From the NCBI GenBank assembly GCA_964426915.1, contig CAYRTD010000002.1:5059-69058 (forward strand): a stretch of 64,000 bases of DNA, read 5' to 3'. Position 1 is the stretch's first letter. Every line of letters begins with the position of its first letter. The DNA comes from an uncultured Bacteroidaceae bacterium (GTDB lineage: Bacteria > Bacteroidota > Bacteroidia > Bacteroidales > GCA-2748055). Of this stretch, positions 34,886-45,464 are shown piece by piece. The translations under genes were made by a program, and so were the position numbers. The notes beneath the pieces were generated by a model. The model saw nothing but the letters and a program-made list of their open reading frames with translations, searched no databases and had not been told where the DNA came from.

Positions 34886-36523
34886 TTAATCTGTATTTTT
34901 CTTTTCTTTTTTGAGCTTTTCAATTTCTTTATGTAATTCTTTTTCTCTCTCCGCAAATTTTTCCTGTTTTAACTTCATTTCCTTTAAATGCAGGCGCATT
35001 ATTTCTTCCTGGCTTTGCATTTTTTCAGTCTGTTGACGGGTTTGCTCCAGAAGTCGCGAAGTTTGTATATTCGTATGCAGATTAGAAATAGCAGTCGCGA
35101 TATTTTCTGCTATGGTTTCGATAAAATTAATTTTATAACTATCAATTTCCCTGAGGGAGGCGATTTCGATCACACCATAGACTTTATTTTTTAGTTGAAG
35201 TGGCACAATCAGAAGGCTGATTGGTTCGGTTTCTCCCAGGCCGGTAAGGATATTTATATGATTACGGGGAACATCCGTCAGATAAATAATTTCGTTCTCC
35301 TGAACACACCTGCCGATAAGTCCTTCGCCCGGCTTTATAGTTTTTTTCATGTATTTATTCCTGTCGTAGGCATATGCAGCGAGTAATATTATATGCGGTT
35401 CATTTTCACCTTCCACAATGAAAAGGCCCGCAACGCTGGCATCAATTAGGTTTACGATCTCTTTAACAAGCATAAAACCCAAATCTTCCGGATTGTCTGT
35501 TCTGGCCCGAAGGATATCATTGATCTTTGCAATACTATTGGACTTCCATAAACGTTCCTTCTCTTCCTTCTTATATTTTCTTTCTTCAGCATCTGCTTTT
35601 TTAAGGTCTTCCTGAAGATTTGCAACCGCTTTTCCAAGTTCATCTTCTTCGCTGAGGGGTTCGAAATTTGTACTGAAGTCCTTTTTACTTATTTTTCCGA
35701 CAATTAGCGTTAGTTTATCCAAATAGTCAAAGATGCTGTTGAGCCTGGCAGCTATAATGGAGAACTCATTATTATCATCGACAGTGATTTTTTCCGGAAT
35801 TTTACCTTTGGCAAGTGAATCAAGATGGAAGGTAAGTTTGCCAATCAATTTTCTGAGATAAGCGGAAAGATAGAAAAAAATGAAAATCAGGAAAACGCCT
35901 GAAAGTATAGGGATAATTATGATCAATTTTTTAATCTCATGATTCTTTATGGTTATCTCTCCGGAAATTGAAGCAATTTCCTGATTCCTCTTATCAAGAA
36001 GGTAATTTGTGTTCTGTTCAATTTCACTGATAAGAAAAATTATGCCCGATTCGGCAAGCATTAATTCAATTTCTTCGATCTCTCTGAATGCATGCTCTGC
36101 AGATAAAGGAAGTGATGATGTAAAATCAAGTAAATGAAAATATAATGAATCTGAAATAAGATGAACAGTTTCAGTAATCACTTTCTGATCTTCTTCGGGC
36201 CAGTGATCCGACATCATAATAAGTGAATTGCTGATGGAAGGCAGGACTTCTGAGTATAAAAAACTAAACTCCTCATTAAAGAATTGCTTGTTGGTTTCTG
36301 CAGCAACCAGCATGTACCTGAAAATTTTTTGGGATTCTGTAAAATTATTATGTAATTCAGAAAGGAGGATAAGGGAAGGCTGGTAATTATCTGTCAAATC
36401 AATGATAAGTTCATCTCTTTTATCCACCTGTTTCAGCATAAAGTTCAGGCTAAGAACCAGAACCAGAATCAGTGTAAGGATTATCCCAAAAACCCTTGCC
36501 CGGAGCCCATAACCAATTTTCAT
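34886..36523 (-). CDS. membrane sensor with HAMP-like linker, coiled coils and a GAF domain; no recognisable output domain
   Basis: 545 aa. Two TM helices bracket a roughly 170-aa extracytoplasmic region. They are followed by a HAMP-like segment, a Lys/Glu-rich coil, a GAF-like core (GLFIVEGE...GEGLIGRCV...LLIVPL...VYGVIEIAS) and a terminal coiled coil. Confidence 0.75.
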   Translation of the reverse strand: MKIGYGLRARVFGIILTLILVLVLSLNFMLKQVDKRDELIIDLTDNYQPSLILLSELHNNFTESQKIFRYMLVAAETNKQFFNEEFSFLYSEVLPSISNSLIMMSDHWPEEDQKVITETVHLISDSLYFHLLDFTSSLPLSAEHAFREIEEIELMLAESGIIFLISEIEQNTNYLLDKRNQEIASISGEITIKNHEIKKLIIIIPILSGVFLIFIFFYLSAYLRKLIGKLTFHLDSLAKGKIPEKITVDDNNEFSIIAARLNSIFDYLDKLTLIVGKISKKDFSTNFEPLSEEDELGKAVANLQEDLKKADAEERKYKKEEKERLWKSNSIAKINDILRARTDNPEDLGFMLVKEIVNLIDASVAGLFIVEGENEPHIILLAAYAYDRNKYMKKTIKPGEGLIGRCVQENEIIYLTDVPRNHINILTGLGETEPISLLIVPLQLKNKVYGVIEIASLREIDSYKINFIETIAENIATAISNLHTNIQTSRLLEQTRQQTEKMQSQEEIMRLHLKEMKLKQEKFAEREKELHKEIEKLKKEKKNTD

Positions 36524-36613
36524 ATAAATTTGCTATTTTCGTAAAGATACAATTTTTTCAAAAGTTCCTTAACCACATTTTCCATTGAACCCGCAGGGTG
36601 AAAAAAACTCCTT

Positions 36614-37783
36614 TTATCTTCTTTCCCTTATTACGTTTTCAAGTTTTTTAAGCGCTTCAGCAAGTAAATGCTTTGGTGTTGCCACATTGATGCGCTGAAA
36701 TCCTTCACCTCCCTTTCCAAAAACGGGTCCGTGATTCAGGCCGAGTCCTGCTTTATGGATGATCAGGTTTTTCAGTTCATCATCTTTGAGCTCCAATGAG
36801 CGGAAGTCCAGCCAGACCAGATAAGTTGCCTCCGGTATAACAGCTTTTACTTCCGGGATTTTCGTTTCCAGGTACTCAGAAAGAAAATTAATATTATTCT
36901 GAATGTATTCGAGTACCTGCTCCAGCCAGTTATCCCCTTTATTATATGCCGCTTCCAGGGCAACAGCGCCAAATATATTACCCATTCCTAAATGAAGGTT
37001 ATCAACTGTCCGGTCGTACTTCAATTTCAATTTTTTTTCGGGAATAATAAGAAATGAAGTTGATAAGCCCGCAAGATTAAAAGTTTTACTGGGGGCATAC
37101 ATTGAAATCGTGATCTCTTCGGCTCCGGGAATTTTTAAAACCGGAATATGTTTGTTGTTCCTTAATATAAGATCAGAATGTATCTCATCGGAAAAAATGA
37201 TTACTTCATGTTTTTTACATATTTCCACGATCCGGGTCAGTTCGTCGTAATCCCAGAGCCTTCCAACCGGATTATGGGGATGACAAAGAATGAAAACCTT
37301 TGCACTCTTTGCTTTTTCCTCAAAATCCTCAAAATCGATATGATAACTATTATTTCTATTTACCAGAACATTTTCGGACAAGATCCTGCCATGGTCTTTC
37401 ACAGCCCGGAAGAAGGGGAAATATACCGGAGGTTGTATCATTATGGTATCTCCTGGATCGGTAAAAGCGAGGACAGAAATATTCAGAGCCGGAACGATAC
37501 CCGGGCTAAAGGATATCCATTCTTTTTTCACTTCCCATTCATGTCGTTTTTTCATCCATGCAATAATGCTTTCATCGAATCCTTCTTTCCTTACTGTATA
37601 GCCATAAACAGGATGTTTCGCACGTTTAATGACTGCCTCCCTTATAAAATCGGGAGTTTCAAAATCCATATCAGCCACCCACAAGGGTAATACATCTTCT
37701 TTTCCAAAATATTCTTTTCTAAGATCATACTTAACGGAATTAGTATTCTCACGTTTTATTATTGTATCGAAATTATATTTCAT
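36614..37783 (-). CDS. MalY/PatB-type PLP-dependent C-S lyase (cystathionine beta-lyase-like)
   Basis: 389 aa from ATG 37783 (an alternative start is at 37804). It has KYNFDTIIKRENTNSVKYD, LWVADMDF and the PLP-Lys motif APSKTFNLAG. Confidence 0.85.
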   Translation of the reverse strand: MKYNFDTIIKRENTNSVKYDLRKEYFGKEDVLPLWVADMDFETPDFIREAVIKRAKHPVYGYTVRKEGFDESIIAWMKKRHEWEVKKEWISFSPGIVPALNISVLAFTDPGDTIMIQPPVYFPFFRAVKDHGRILSENVLVNRNNSYHIDFEDFEEKAKSAKVFILCHPHNPVGRLWDYDELTRIVEICKKHEVIIFSDEIHSDLILRNNKHIPVLKIPGAEEITISMYAPSKTFNLAGLSTSFLIIPEKKLKLKYDRTVDNLHLGMGNIFGAVALEAAYNKGDNWLEQVLEYIQNNINFLSEYLETKIPEVKAVIPEATYLVWLDFRSLELKDDELKNLIIHKAGLGLNHGPVFGKGGEGFQRINVATPKHLLAEALKKLENVIRERR

Positions 37784-38012
37784 TTTTCTTTTTTTTCTTA
37801 TCACAAAGATGAGAAAGAATTTTTGAACAGAACGAAGAAATATAAGAAAGTAAGGAGAATAGCATGTGGGTCGGCAGAATGAAAGGCTTGCAATGTTAAT
37901 AGTGATTTTGAAACATTATGATCCGGGAATACTTTTACTTTCAGGATTTCAGAAAAAAACCGCTTAGGACCTCTGCAAATATTCCAATAAATATCTTAAT
38001 TTCATCCGCTGT

Positions 38013-38777
38013 ATGGTAAGGCCCAAAAAACATCTCGGACAACATTTTCTTACGGACCGGATCATTGCGGAGCGTATAACCGGTCTGCTTGATGCTGATA
38101 ATTGTGATACTATTGTGGAGATCGGTCCGGGAAAAGGAGTTTTGACCCGGTTCCTGCTCGAAAGAAAAGATAAAGAACTTAAACTTGTAGAGATTGATCC
38201 GGAATCGGTTGAATATCTCAGCAGAAGATTTGAGCATATTTCCGGATCCATTATCCGGGAAGACTTTCTTAAAGCAGATCTGGGGTCCTATGGAAAAAAG
38301 ATTGCAGTTATCGGAAATTTTCCCTACAATATTTCATCACAAATTTTTTTCAGGATACTTGAATACCGTGATCAGGTAGATGAGATCGTTTGTATGTTGC
38401 AGAAGGAGGTAGCTCTGCGGCTTGCCTCAGGTCCGGGCAATAAACAATATGGGATATTATCTGTTTTGTTACAAACCTGGTATGATATATCCATAGCTTT
38501 TCATGTTGGCCCCGGTTCATTTTTTCCTTCTCCTGAAGTGCATTCAACAGTAATAAAGCTCAGAAGAAATGGCCGTTCAGCTATTGATTGCAATGAAAAG
38601 GAATTCAAAAAAATCATTAAACTTGCTTTTAACCAGCGAAGAAAGATGTTAAGTAATTCTTTAAAAAGTATTTTAGTACATTTGAATTCTGATATACCCT
38701 ACCTGAAAAAAAGGCCAGAGGAATTGTCTGTAGAACAGTTCATTGAATTGTGCCGATCAATTGAAGGGGAAAATTAA
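38013..38777 (+). CDS. rsmA: 16S rRNA (adenine1518/1519-N6)-dimethyltransferase
   Basis: 254 aa. KKHLGQHFL, VEIGPGKGVLT and GNFPYNISSQI are KsgA/RsmA signatures. Confidence 0.92.
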   Translation: MVRPKKHLGQHFLTDRIIAERITGLLDADNCDTIVEIGPGKGVLTRFLLERKDKELKLVEIDPESVEYLSRRFEHISGSIIREDFLKADLGSYGKKIAVIGNFPYNISSQIFFRILEYRDQVDEIVCMLQKEVALRLASGPGNKQYGILSVLLQTWYDISIAFHVGPGSFFPSPEVHSTVIKLRRNGRSAIDCNEKEFKKIIKLAFNQRRKMLSNSLKSILVHLNSDIPYLKKRPEELSVEQFIELCRSIEGEN

Positions 38778-38791
38778 TAAACTTACCTGTC

Positions 38792-40150
38792 ATGAATTTT
38801 GAATTGACTAAAGAATATGTCGACAGGCTCCGGGAGGTTATAGAAGCCAGGGATAAAAAGACTGCAGTAACAATGCTGCATGATCTTCACCCTGCTGATA
38901 TTGCCGAAATTTACGATGAACTTAATATTGAAGAAGCTAAGTTTCTTTACCTCTTGCTGGAGGGGGAAAAGGCTTCGGATGTACTTGCGGAACTCGAAGA
39001 GGATGACAGGGAAAAATTCCTGAAAGTTCTTCCCTCCAGTGTCATAGCAGAACAGTTTATCCACAATATGGATTCGGATGATGCTGCCGATGTAATTGCT
39101 GACCTTTCAGATGAAAAGAAAGAGGAAGTACTTCAGTACCTCAAAGACGTGGAGCAGGCCGGCCATATTGTCGACTTGTTAAGCTATGATGAGGATACTG
39201 CAGGTGGTTTAATGGCGAAGGAGCTTATCAAGGTCAATGAAAACTGGAGTATTTTGAATGCTTTGAAAGAAATGAGAAAGCAGGCAGAAGAGGTGGATGA
39301 AGTATTCTATGTTTATGTTGTGGATAATGATAATATCCTTCAGGGTACTCTTTCATTAAAAAAGCTGGTACTTGCCAAAGCTAATCAAAATATTAAAGGG
39401 TTATATAATACTCATGTAATTTCCGTCAGAACTGACACTCCTTCGGAAGAAGTCGCTTCAATAATGAGAAAATACGATCTTGTAGTACTTCCGGTTATAG
39501 ACTCGATTGGCCGGCTAATGGGACGTATTACCATTGATGATGTTGTTGATGTGATTCGTGAGGAGGCCGATAAGGATTATCAGATGGCTTCAGGTATTTC
39601 CGAAGATGTTGAAACTACCGACTCTGCCATGGTACTGACCAGAGCACGCCTTCCCTGGTTGCTGATCGGCCTTGTCGGCGGTGTTGTTGTTGCTCTTGTA
39701 CTCGCACAGTTTGAGGCTGATCTTGCCGATAATGCCAAGCTGGCTTTTTTCATTCCCCTGATAGCAGCTATGGCCGGAAATGTAGGAATTCAATCATCTG
39801 CTATCGTTGTTCAGAGTATAGCAAATAATACACTCGGTTTGGAAAAAACCTATTTCAAGATTTTCAAGGAATTTACAGTGGGATTGATTAACGGATTGAT
39901 CCTTGCCTCTATATTGTTTACCTATAACATCATTGTAAACGATTCTTTTGCCCTTACACTTTCAGTCAGCCTTTCCCTTTTTATTGTAATAATTTTTGCT
40001 GCCGTTTTTGGCACCCTCATTCCACTGGTATTAAATAAGATGAAAGTGGACCCTGCACTTGCTACCGGTCCCTTCATCACTACAATGAATGATATTATGG
40101 GATTGTTTATCTATTTTATCATCAGCCGGATCCTTTTTGAAATGTTCTAA
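38792..40150 (+). CDS. mgtE: magnesium transporter MgtE
   Basis: 452 aa. N-domain, CBS pair, and a C-terminal five-TM domain with PLIAAMAGNVGIQSSAI and GPFITTMNDI. Confidence 0.92.
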   Translation: MNFELTKEYVDRLREVIEARDKKTAVTMLHDLHPADIAEIYDELNIEEAKFLYLLLEGEKASDVLAELEEDDREKFLKVLPSSVIAEQFIHNMDSDDAADVIADLSDEKKEEVLQYLKDVEQAGHIVDLLSYDEDTAGGLMAKELIKVNENWSILNALKEMRKQAEEVDEVFYVYVVDNDNILQGTLSLKKLVLAKANQNIKGLYNTHVISVRTDTPSEEVASIMRKYDLVVLPVIDSIGRLMGRITIDDVVDVIREEADKDYQMASGISEDVETTDSAMVLTRARLPWLLIGLVGGVVVALVLAQFEADLADNAKLAFFIPLIAAMAGNVGIQSSAIVVQSIANNTLGLEKTYFKIFKEFTVGLINGLILASILFTYNIIVNDSFALTLSVSLSLFIVIIFAAVFGTLIPLVLNKMKVDPALATGPFITTMNDIMGLFIYFIISRILFEMF

Positions 40151-41403
40151 AAACTTGTATTGATTGCATCTACAGGATCCAGTTTTGCTGCAGAATAAGC
40201 AGGCGATATTCCGGAAATAAGACCTATTACTGAGGAGATAACCAAGCCTGTTACTATGTTGCCAACCGACAGGGTGATATCAAAGTTTGTAGCTGTATCG
40301 ACGATAATTGTCCCCAGAAATACAAGCAGCAAACCAATAGCTCCGCCTGCAATGGCCAGTATTACTGCTTCAAATACAAACTGGAGGAGAATAAAATAAA
40401 ACTTTGCCCCAAGAGCCTTTTGAATACCAATTATCTTTGTTCTTTCTTTGACAGAAACAAACATGATATTTGCTATACCAAAGCCTCCCACAAGCAAGGA
40501 AAATATCCCAATAAACCATCCTGCAATATTCAGGGTACCAAAAAATTGTTCCAATTGATTATCCAGCATGCTGGTCTGATTGAGTGCAAAATTATCTTCT
40601 GCATTTGGCTTGAGTCTTCTAATAGCGCGAAGGTTCATTCTGATCTCTGCCATTAGTTCTTCATTACTTATGCGTTCTTTTGCTTTAACCCATATCATCG
40701 GATCCATCGATTCACTTCTGATATTTACCAGGTTCCTCACATGATTGACAGGAACCAGAACACTTTCATCCATGCTTTCACCGAAATTGTCTTTGCCTTC
40801 TTTTTCGAATACCCCTATCACCCTCGTTTTATATCCTCTAATGGTTATTATCTTATTGACAGGATCAATATTGCCGAAAAGTTCATTCGCTATTTCATGA
40901 CCAATAATTGCATAATTGCTTCCGGATATCATTTCATAATCAGAATAAAACCGGCCTCTTTGAATATCGAAATCACGAATACCCGAAAAACCTTCGGAAG
41001 CTCCCATGAAGTTAATGTTTTCGATAGAGTTTTCACGAAATTTAACGGTAACATTTGTTGATACCACGAAGGCAACTTCCTCAGCCCGTGTCAGCTTGTT
41101 TTTGATTTTGTTATATTCTTCAATTGTGGGTACGGGGCGGTTTACATATTGCCACCACTTATATTCCTGTCCGTCTTCTTCCGTCCATGGCCACTTTTGA
41201 ATATAAATAACATCATTGCCCAGGGAGGATATACTTTCCCGGATGTTCATTTCGAGAGAATCGAAGATGGTAAATACCGCAATTATCGCGAAAATCCCGA
41301 TGGTAATTCCAAGCAATGAAAGTAGCGTGCGGAGTTTATTCACAACCACTGCATTAATAGCGAACTGAAGGCTTTCTATGCTTAACCTGATAACTTTTAA
41401 CAT
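40147..41403 (-). CDS. ABC transporter permease, MacB/FtsX type
   Basis: 418 aa from ATG 41403 (the ORF-track start 41442 is GTG). It has TM1, a periplasmic MacB-like domain, and a C-terminal FtsX bundle with ERTKIIGIQKALGA. Confidence 0.85.
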   Translation of the reverse strand: MLKVIRLSIESLQFAINAVVVNKLRTLLSLLGITIGIFAIIAVFTIFDSLEMNIRESISSLGNDVIYIQKWPWTEEDGQEYKWWQYVNRPVPTIEEYNKIKNKLTRAEEVAFVVSTNVTVKFRENSIENINFMGASEGFSGIRDFDIQRGRFYSDYEMISGSNYAIIGHEIANELFGNIDPVNKIITIRGYKTRVIGVFEKEGKDNFGESMDESVLVPVNHVRNLVNIRSESMDPMIWVKAKERISNEELMAEIRMNLRAIRRLKPNAEDNFALNQTSMLDNQLEQFFGTLNIAGWFIGIFSLLVGGFGIANIMFVSVKERTKIIGIQKALGAKFYFILLQFVFEAVILAIAGGAIGLLLVFLGTIIVDTATNFDITLSVGNIVTGLVISSVIGLISGISPAYSAAKLDPVDAINTSF

Positions 41404-41517
41404 GGATGAAAATATAATTGGAAAAACCTTCCGAAATTCCACGGAAACTGTTTCCTTTGTATAATTTTTTATTAGTTTTTGAAGTACTAAAAGTACTTTT
41501 TTTCCAGTAGTTTTTAA

Positions 41518-41525
41518 TATTTTTG
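41518..41525 (+). promoter_or_regulatory. candidate -7 promoter box (TATTTTTG)
   Basis: Exact TAnnTTTG match 25 nt upstream of the purH ATG. Confidence 0.45.
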
Positions 41526-41549
41526 TCCAACTTTTATTAAAACCTTATA

Positions 41550-43073
41550 ATGAATAGATTGAAAAAGATCAATTCCGCACTGATTTCTGTTTTTCATAAA
41601 GACAATTTGGAACCGATAATTGATAAGCTTAACCAGCTTGGCGTCGATATTTATTCAACCGGTGGTACAAAATCCTTTATTGAGGAAAGGGGAGTTGAAG
41701 TAACCGCTGTTGAGGATCTGACCGGATATCCCTCCATTCTCGGAGGTCGGGTAAAGACACTACACCCGAAAGTATTCGGGGGAATTCTTGCAAGGAGAGA
41801 TATGGAAAAGGATAGAGAACAGCTTGAAAATTATGAAATACCGGAATTGGATCTTGTGATTGTCGATTTATATCCCTTTGAGGAAACACGTAAATCAGGT
41901 GCCGATGAAGCTTCTGTAATTGAAAAAATTGATATCGGGGGTATTTCTCTTATACGTGCAGCAGCAAAGAATTATAAAGATATACTTGTGGTAAGTTCCA
42001 GGGAGCAGTATGACAGCCTTCTGAGACTTTTAAATGAAAACGGCGGTGAGGTCAGCCTGGAAGAAAGGAAAAATTTTGCACGCAAAGCCTTCGCTGTTTC
42101 CTCACATTACGATTCTATGATTTTTAATTATTTCGATGGCGATGACTACACGGAACTGAAACTATCTATTGCTCCCGGTAAAAAACTTCGTTACGGAGAA
42201 AATCCTCACCAGGATGGATTTTTCTACGGAGACTTTGATAAAGTATTCGATCAGATCCATGGGAAAGAAATTTCATATAATAACCTTCTTGACATAGACG
42301 CTGCGGTGGGACTCATTTCCGAATTTGAAGAAACAACTTTTGCCATATTGAAACATAATAATGCTTGTGGACTTGCCAGCCGCGATAACTTAATTGATGC
42401 CTGGAAAGATGCGCTCGCTGGTGATCCGGTTTCGGCTTTTGGAGGGATACTCATTACAAATGCAAAGATAGATGCTGAAACAGCGGATGAAATGAATAAA
42501 TTATTTTTTGAGGTAGTAATTGCCCCCTCTTATGATAATAAAGCACTTGAGATACTAAAACAGAAAAAGAACCGTATTATTCTTGTGCAGAAATCATCTG
42601 AGTTCCCTGACAGGTTAAGCAGGACAGTATTAAACGGAGTGATTGTGCAGGATAAGGATGTTTACCGGGAAACAGAAGACGATCTCAGAGTTACTACCGA
42701 AGCATCTCCTTCTAAAGAACAGATCGGAGATCTTTTATTCGCGAACAAAATCGTTAAACATACCAAATCGAATGCTATCGTTCTAGTAAAAGATAAGCAG
42801 CTTGTTGCCAGTGGTGTAGGTCAGACATCAAGGATTGATGCATTAAAACAGGCAATAGAAAAGGCCGGTAGTTTTGATTTTGACCTTGAAGGTTCGGTCA
42901 TGGCATCAGATGCATTTTTTCCTTTTTCCGATTCCGTTGAAATCGCCCATAATGCCGGTGTTCGCTCAGTAATTCAACCGGGAGGCTCTGTAAGAGATCA
43001 GGATTCTATAGATTTTTGTAACAAAAAAGGCTTAAGTATGGTATTTACAGGAATAAGACATTTTAAACATTAG
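41550..43073 (+). CDS. purH: bifunctional AICAR transformylase / IMP cyclohydrolase
   Basis: 507 aa. ALISVFHKDNL, STGGT, GGRVKTLHP, YGENPHQ and FPFSD are all PurH hallmarks. Confidence 0.95.
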   Translation: MNRLKKINSALISVFHKDNLEPIIDKLNQLGVDIYSTGGTKSFIEERGVEVTAVEDLTGYPSILGGRVKTLHPKVFGGILARRDMEKDREQLENYEIPELDLVIVDLYPFEETRKSGADEASVIEKIDIGGISLIRAAAKNYKDILVVSSREQYDSLLRLLNENGGEVSLEERKNFARKAFAVSSHYDSMIFNYFDGDDYTELKLSIAPGKKLRYGENPHQDGFFYGDFDKVFDQIHGKEISYNNLLDIDAAVGLISEFEETTFAILKHNNACGLASRDNLIDAWKDALAGDPVSAFGGILITNAKIDAETADEMNKLFFEVVIAPSYDNKALEILKQKKNRIILVQKSSEFPDRLSRTVLNGVIVQDKDVYRETEDDLRVTTEASPSKEQIGDLLFANKIVKHTKSNAIVLVKDKQLVASGVGQTSRIDALKQAIEKAGSFDFDLEGSVMASDAFFPFSDSVEIAHNAGVRSVIQPGGSVRDQDSIDFCNKKGLSMVFTGIRHFKH

Positions 43074-43082
43074 AAAAAAAAT

Positions 43083-44102
43083 ATGGGATTGTTTTCATTT
43101 CAGCAGGAATTGGCGATTGATCTTGGCACAGCCAATACACTAATTATTCACAATGATAAAGTTGTTGTGAATGAACCTTCTATCGTTGCCATTGATCAGA
43201 CTACAGGTAAGTTGATCGCCATAGGGGAGAAGGCAAGGCAAATGCATGGGAAAACGCATGAGAATATTAAAACTATTCGTCCATTGCGTGATGGTGTTAT
43301 TGCCGATTTTGATGCCGCAGAACAGATGATAAGGGGAATGATCAAAATGATCAACAAAAAATCGAGATTATTTACTCCTTCGCTGAAAATGGTTGTTTGT
43401 ATTCCTTCAGGATGCACCGAGGTGGAAAGAAGAGCGGTTCGTGATTCTTCCGAACATGCCGGAGGTCGTGATGTTCATATGATTTACGAACCTATGGCTG
43501 CAGCTATCGGTATCGGCATTGATGTTGAAGCCCCTAACGGTAGCATGGTAGTAGACATTGGCGGAGGTACAACGGAAATTGCTGTTATTGCTCTTGGGGG
43601 TATAGTTTGCAATGAATCGCTGCGGGTTGCAGGCGACGGATTTACAGCCGACATCATGAGCTATATGCGGCATCAGCATAACATAAAAATCGGGGAAAGA
43701 ACCGCCGAGGATATTAAGTTATCTGTCGGGTCTGCACTTCCCGAGCTGGATGATCCACCTCCCGATTTCAATGTAAGAGGGCCAAATCTTATGACCGCTA
43801 TGCCCATCGAAATCCCTATTTCTTATCAGGAAATTGCCCACTGTCTGGATAAATCAATTTCCAAGATCGAAACTGCTATTCTTTCCGTCCTTGAACAAAC
43901 ACCACCGGAGTTATATGCTGATATCGTACAGAGCGGTATTTATATGGCTGGTGGAGGAGCATTGCTCCGGGGCCTGGATAAAAGGTTTACAAATAAGATA
44001 AATATTCCTTTTCATGTAGCTGAAGACCCTCTTCAGGCTATAGCACGTGGAACCGGAATAGCTCTTAAGAATGCAGATAAGTTTTCTTTTTTAATGAGAT
44101 AA
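43083..44102 (+). CDS. mreB: rod shape-determining protein MreB
   Basis: 339 aa. IDLGTANT, VDIGGGTTEIAV and the rest of the actin-like ATPase fold. Confidence 0.95.
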   Translation: MGLFSFQQELAIDLGTANTLIIHNDKVVVNEPSIVAIDQTTGKLIAIGEKARQMHGKTHENIKTIRPLRDGVIADFDAAEQMIRGMIKMINKKSRLFTPSLKMVVCIPSGCTEVERRAVRDSSEHAGGRDVHMIYEPMAAAIGIGIDVEAPNGSMVVDIGGGTTEIAVIALGGIVCNESLRVAGDGFTADIMSYMRHQHNIKIGERTAEDIKLSVGSALPELDDPPPDFNVRGPNLMTAMPIEIPISYQEIAHCLDKSISKIETAILSVLEQTPPELYADIVQSGIYMAGGGALLRGLDKRFTNKINIPFHVAEDPLQAIARGTGIALKNADKFSFLMR

Positions 44103-44120
44103 ACAAGGTGATGTGACAGA

Positions 44121-44963
44121 ATGAGGAATCTTTTCAGATTAATCCTTAAATATTATTTCATCCTTCTTTTTATTTTGTTTGAAGGACTGTCATTGCTGTT
44201 GATTTTTCAATTCAATCCTTATCAGAAATCTCTTTTTGTCAAAATGTCAAGGAATGTCAATGGTTTATTATATAGTCACATGGGTGAAGTCCGTCAATAT
44301 CTTTACCTGAGAGAAGAAAATGAACGTTTGTTAGCTGAGAATACCAGGTTGAGGAATCGTCTATCTCAATCGGGTTACCCAAGCTATATCCATGATGCTT
44401 ACACGTCTTTCAGAGATACACTCTCAGAAATTGACTATTCGCAGTATTTTTTTATATCAGCCGATGTAATTAATAACTCTGTCAATAAACAATACAATTA
44501 TCTTACAATTGACAGAGGTTCATTACTAGGTGTTGAAAAAGATATGGCAGTAATTTCAAATGGAGCTGTAGTAGGTGTGGTTGCAGGGGTATCGAAAAAT
44601 TTCTCAACTGTGATCCCTGTGCTGAACAGGAATTTCAGGGTTGGATCAAAAATAGCAAGGAATGATTATTTCGGAATACTGGAGTGGGAGGGGAAAGATC
44701 CGGGATTTGCCAGGTTACGGGAAATTCCCCTGCACGTGGATGTGAGCAAAGGAGATACAGTGGTAACCAGCGGTTTTTCTGCGATATTCCCCCCCGGATA
44801 CAAGGTTGGAATAATAGAATCTTATGATATTAAGGAAGGGAATTTTTATGATATTGAAGTAAAACTTGCCGTAGATTTTCAAAATCTGATTCATGTTAAT
44901 GTAATAGGCAATATATTCAGAGGAGAACGACAGGAGCTGGAAAAATCCTTTGGCTATGATTAA
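44121..44963 (+). CDS. mreC: rod shape-determining protein MreC
   Basis: 280 aa. N-terminal TM helix, a coiled coil (ENERLLAENTRLRN), beta-rich C-domains, and a position after mreB. Confidence 0.85.
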   Translation: MRNLFRLILKYYFILLFILFEGLSLLLIFQFNPYQKSLFVKMSRNVNGLLYSHMGEVRQYLYLREENERLLAENTRLRNRLSQSGYPSYIHDAYTSFRDTLSEIDYSQYFFISADVINNSVNKQYNYLTIDRGSLLGVEKDMAVISNGAVVGVVAGVSKNFSTVIPVLNRNFRVGSKIARNDYFGILEWEGKDPGFARLREIPLHVDVSKGDTVVTSGFSAIFPPGYKVGIIESYDIKEGNFYDIEVKLAVDFQNLIHVNVIGNIFRGERQELEKSFGYD

Positions 44964-45462
44964 GATCTACCTAAGAAATATTATCCGCTTTGCTGCGGTC
45001 GTCCTGATTCAGGTCCTCGTTTTTGATAACATCGAACTAAGTGGCTACATTAACCCCTATATTTATATCATATTTATAATCTTACTGCCATTTGAAACTC
45101 CTAACTGGCTTCTTCTTACCCTGGCCTTTTTATTGGGTTTATCGATTGACATGTTCAGTATGACCTATGGGATGCATGCTTCAGCAACTGTTTTCGCGGC
45201 ATTTCTAAGACCCTTTGTACTTAAGAATTTTTCGCCCAGAGACGGGTATGAACCCGGAACATTTCCCAGGGTTGCGTATTACGGCTTTAACTGGTTTGCC
45301 AAATATGCTTTGATCCTTATATTTGCTCATCATTTCTTTTTATTTTTTATTGAGATCTTCCGGATATCTGATGTCCTCTTTATTTTATCCAAAACTCTTC
45401 TCAGTGGAATTGTATCTGCATTTTTTATAATAATCAGCCAGTATTTTATTGACAGAAGGTAA
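44956..45462 (+). CDS. mreD: rod shape-determining protein MreD
   Basis: 168 aa from ATG 44956 (the ORF-track start 44950 is TTG). It is polytopic and hydrophobic, overlaps the mreC stop, and sits between mreC and mrdA. Confidence 0.75.
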   Translation: MIKIYLRNIIRFAAVVLIQVLVFDNIELSGYINPYIYIIFIILLPFETPNWLLLTLAFLLGLSIDMFSMTYGMHASATVFAAFLRPFVLKNFSPRDGYEPGTFPRVAYYGFNWFAKYALILIFAHHFFLFFIEIFRISDVLFILSKTLLSGIVSAFFIIISQYFIDRR

Positions 45463-45464
45463 TA

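Noticed and set aside
37178-37690. 170-aa ORF on the plus strand inside the patB-like gene
   Set aside because: It is entirely antisense to a gene with clear PLP-lyase motifs. Its composition (Phe/Ile/Ser-rich, no motifs) is typical of a shadow ORF in AT-rich DNA.
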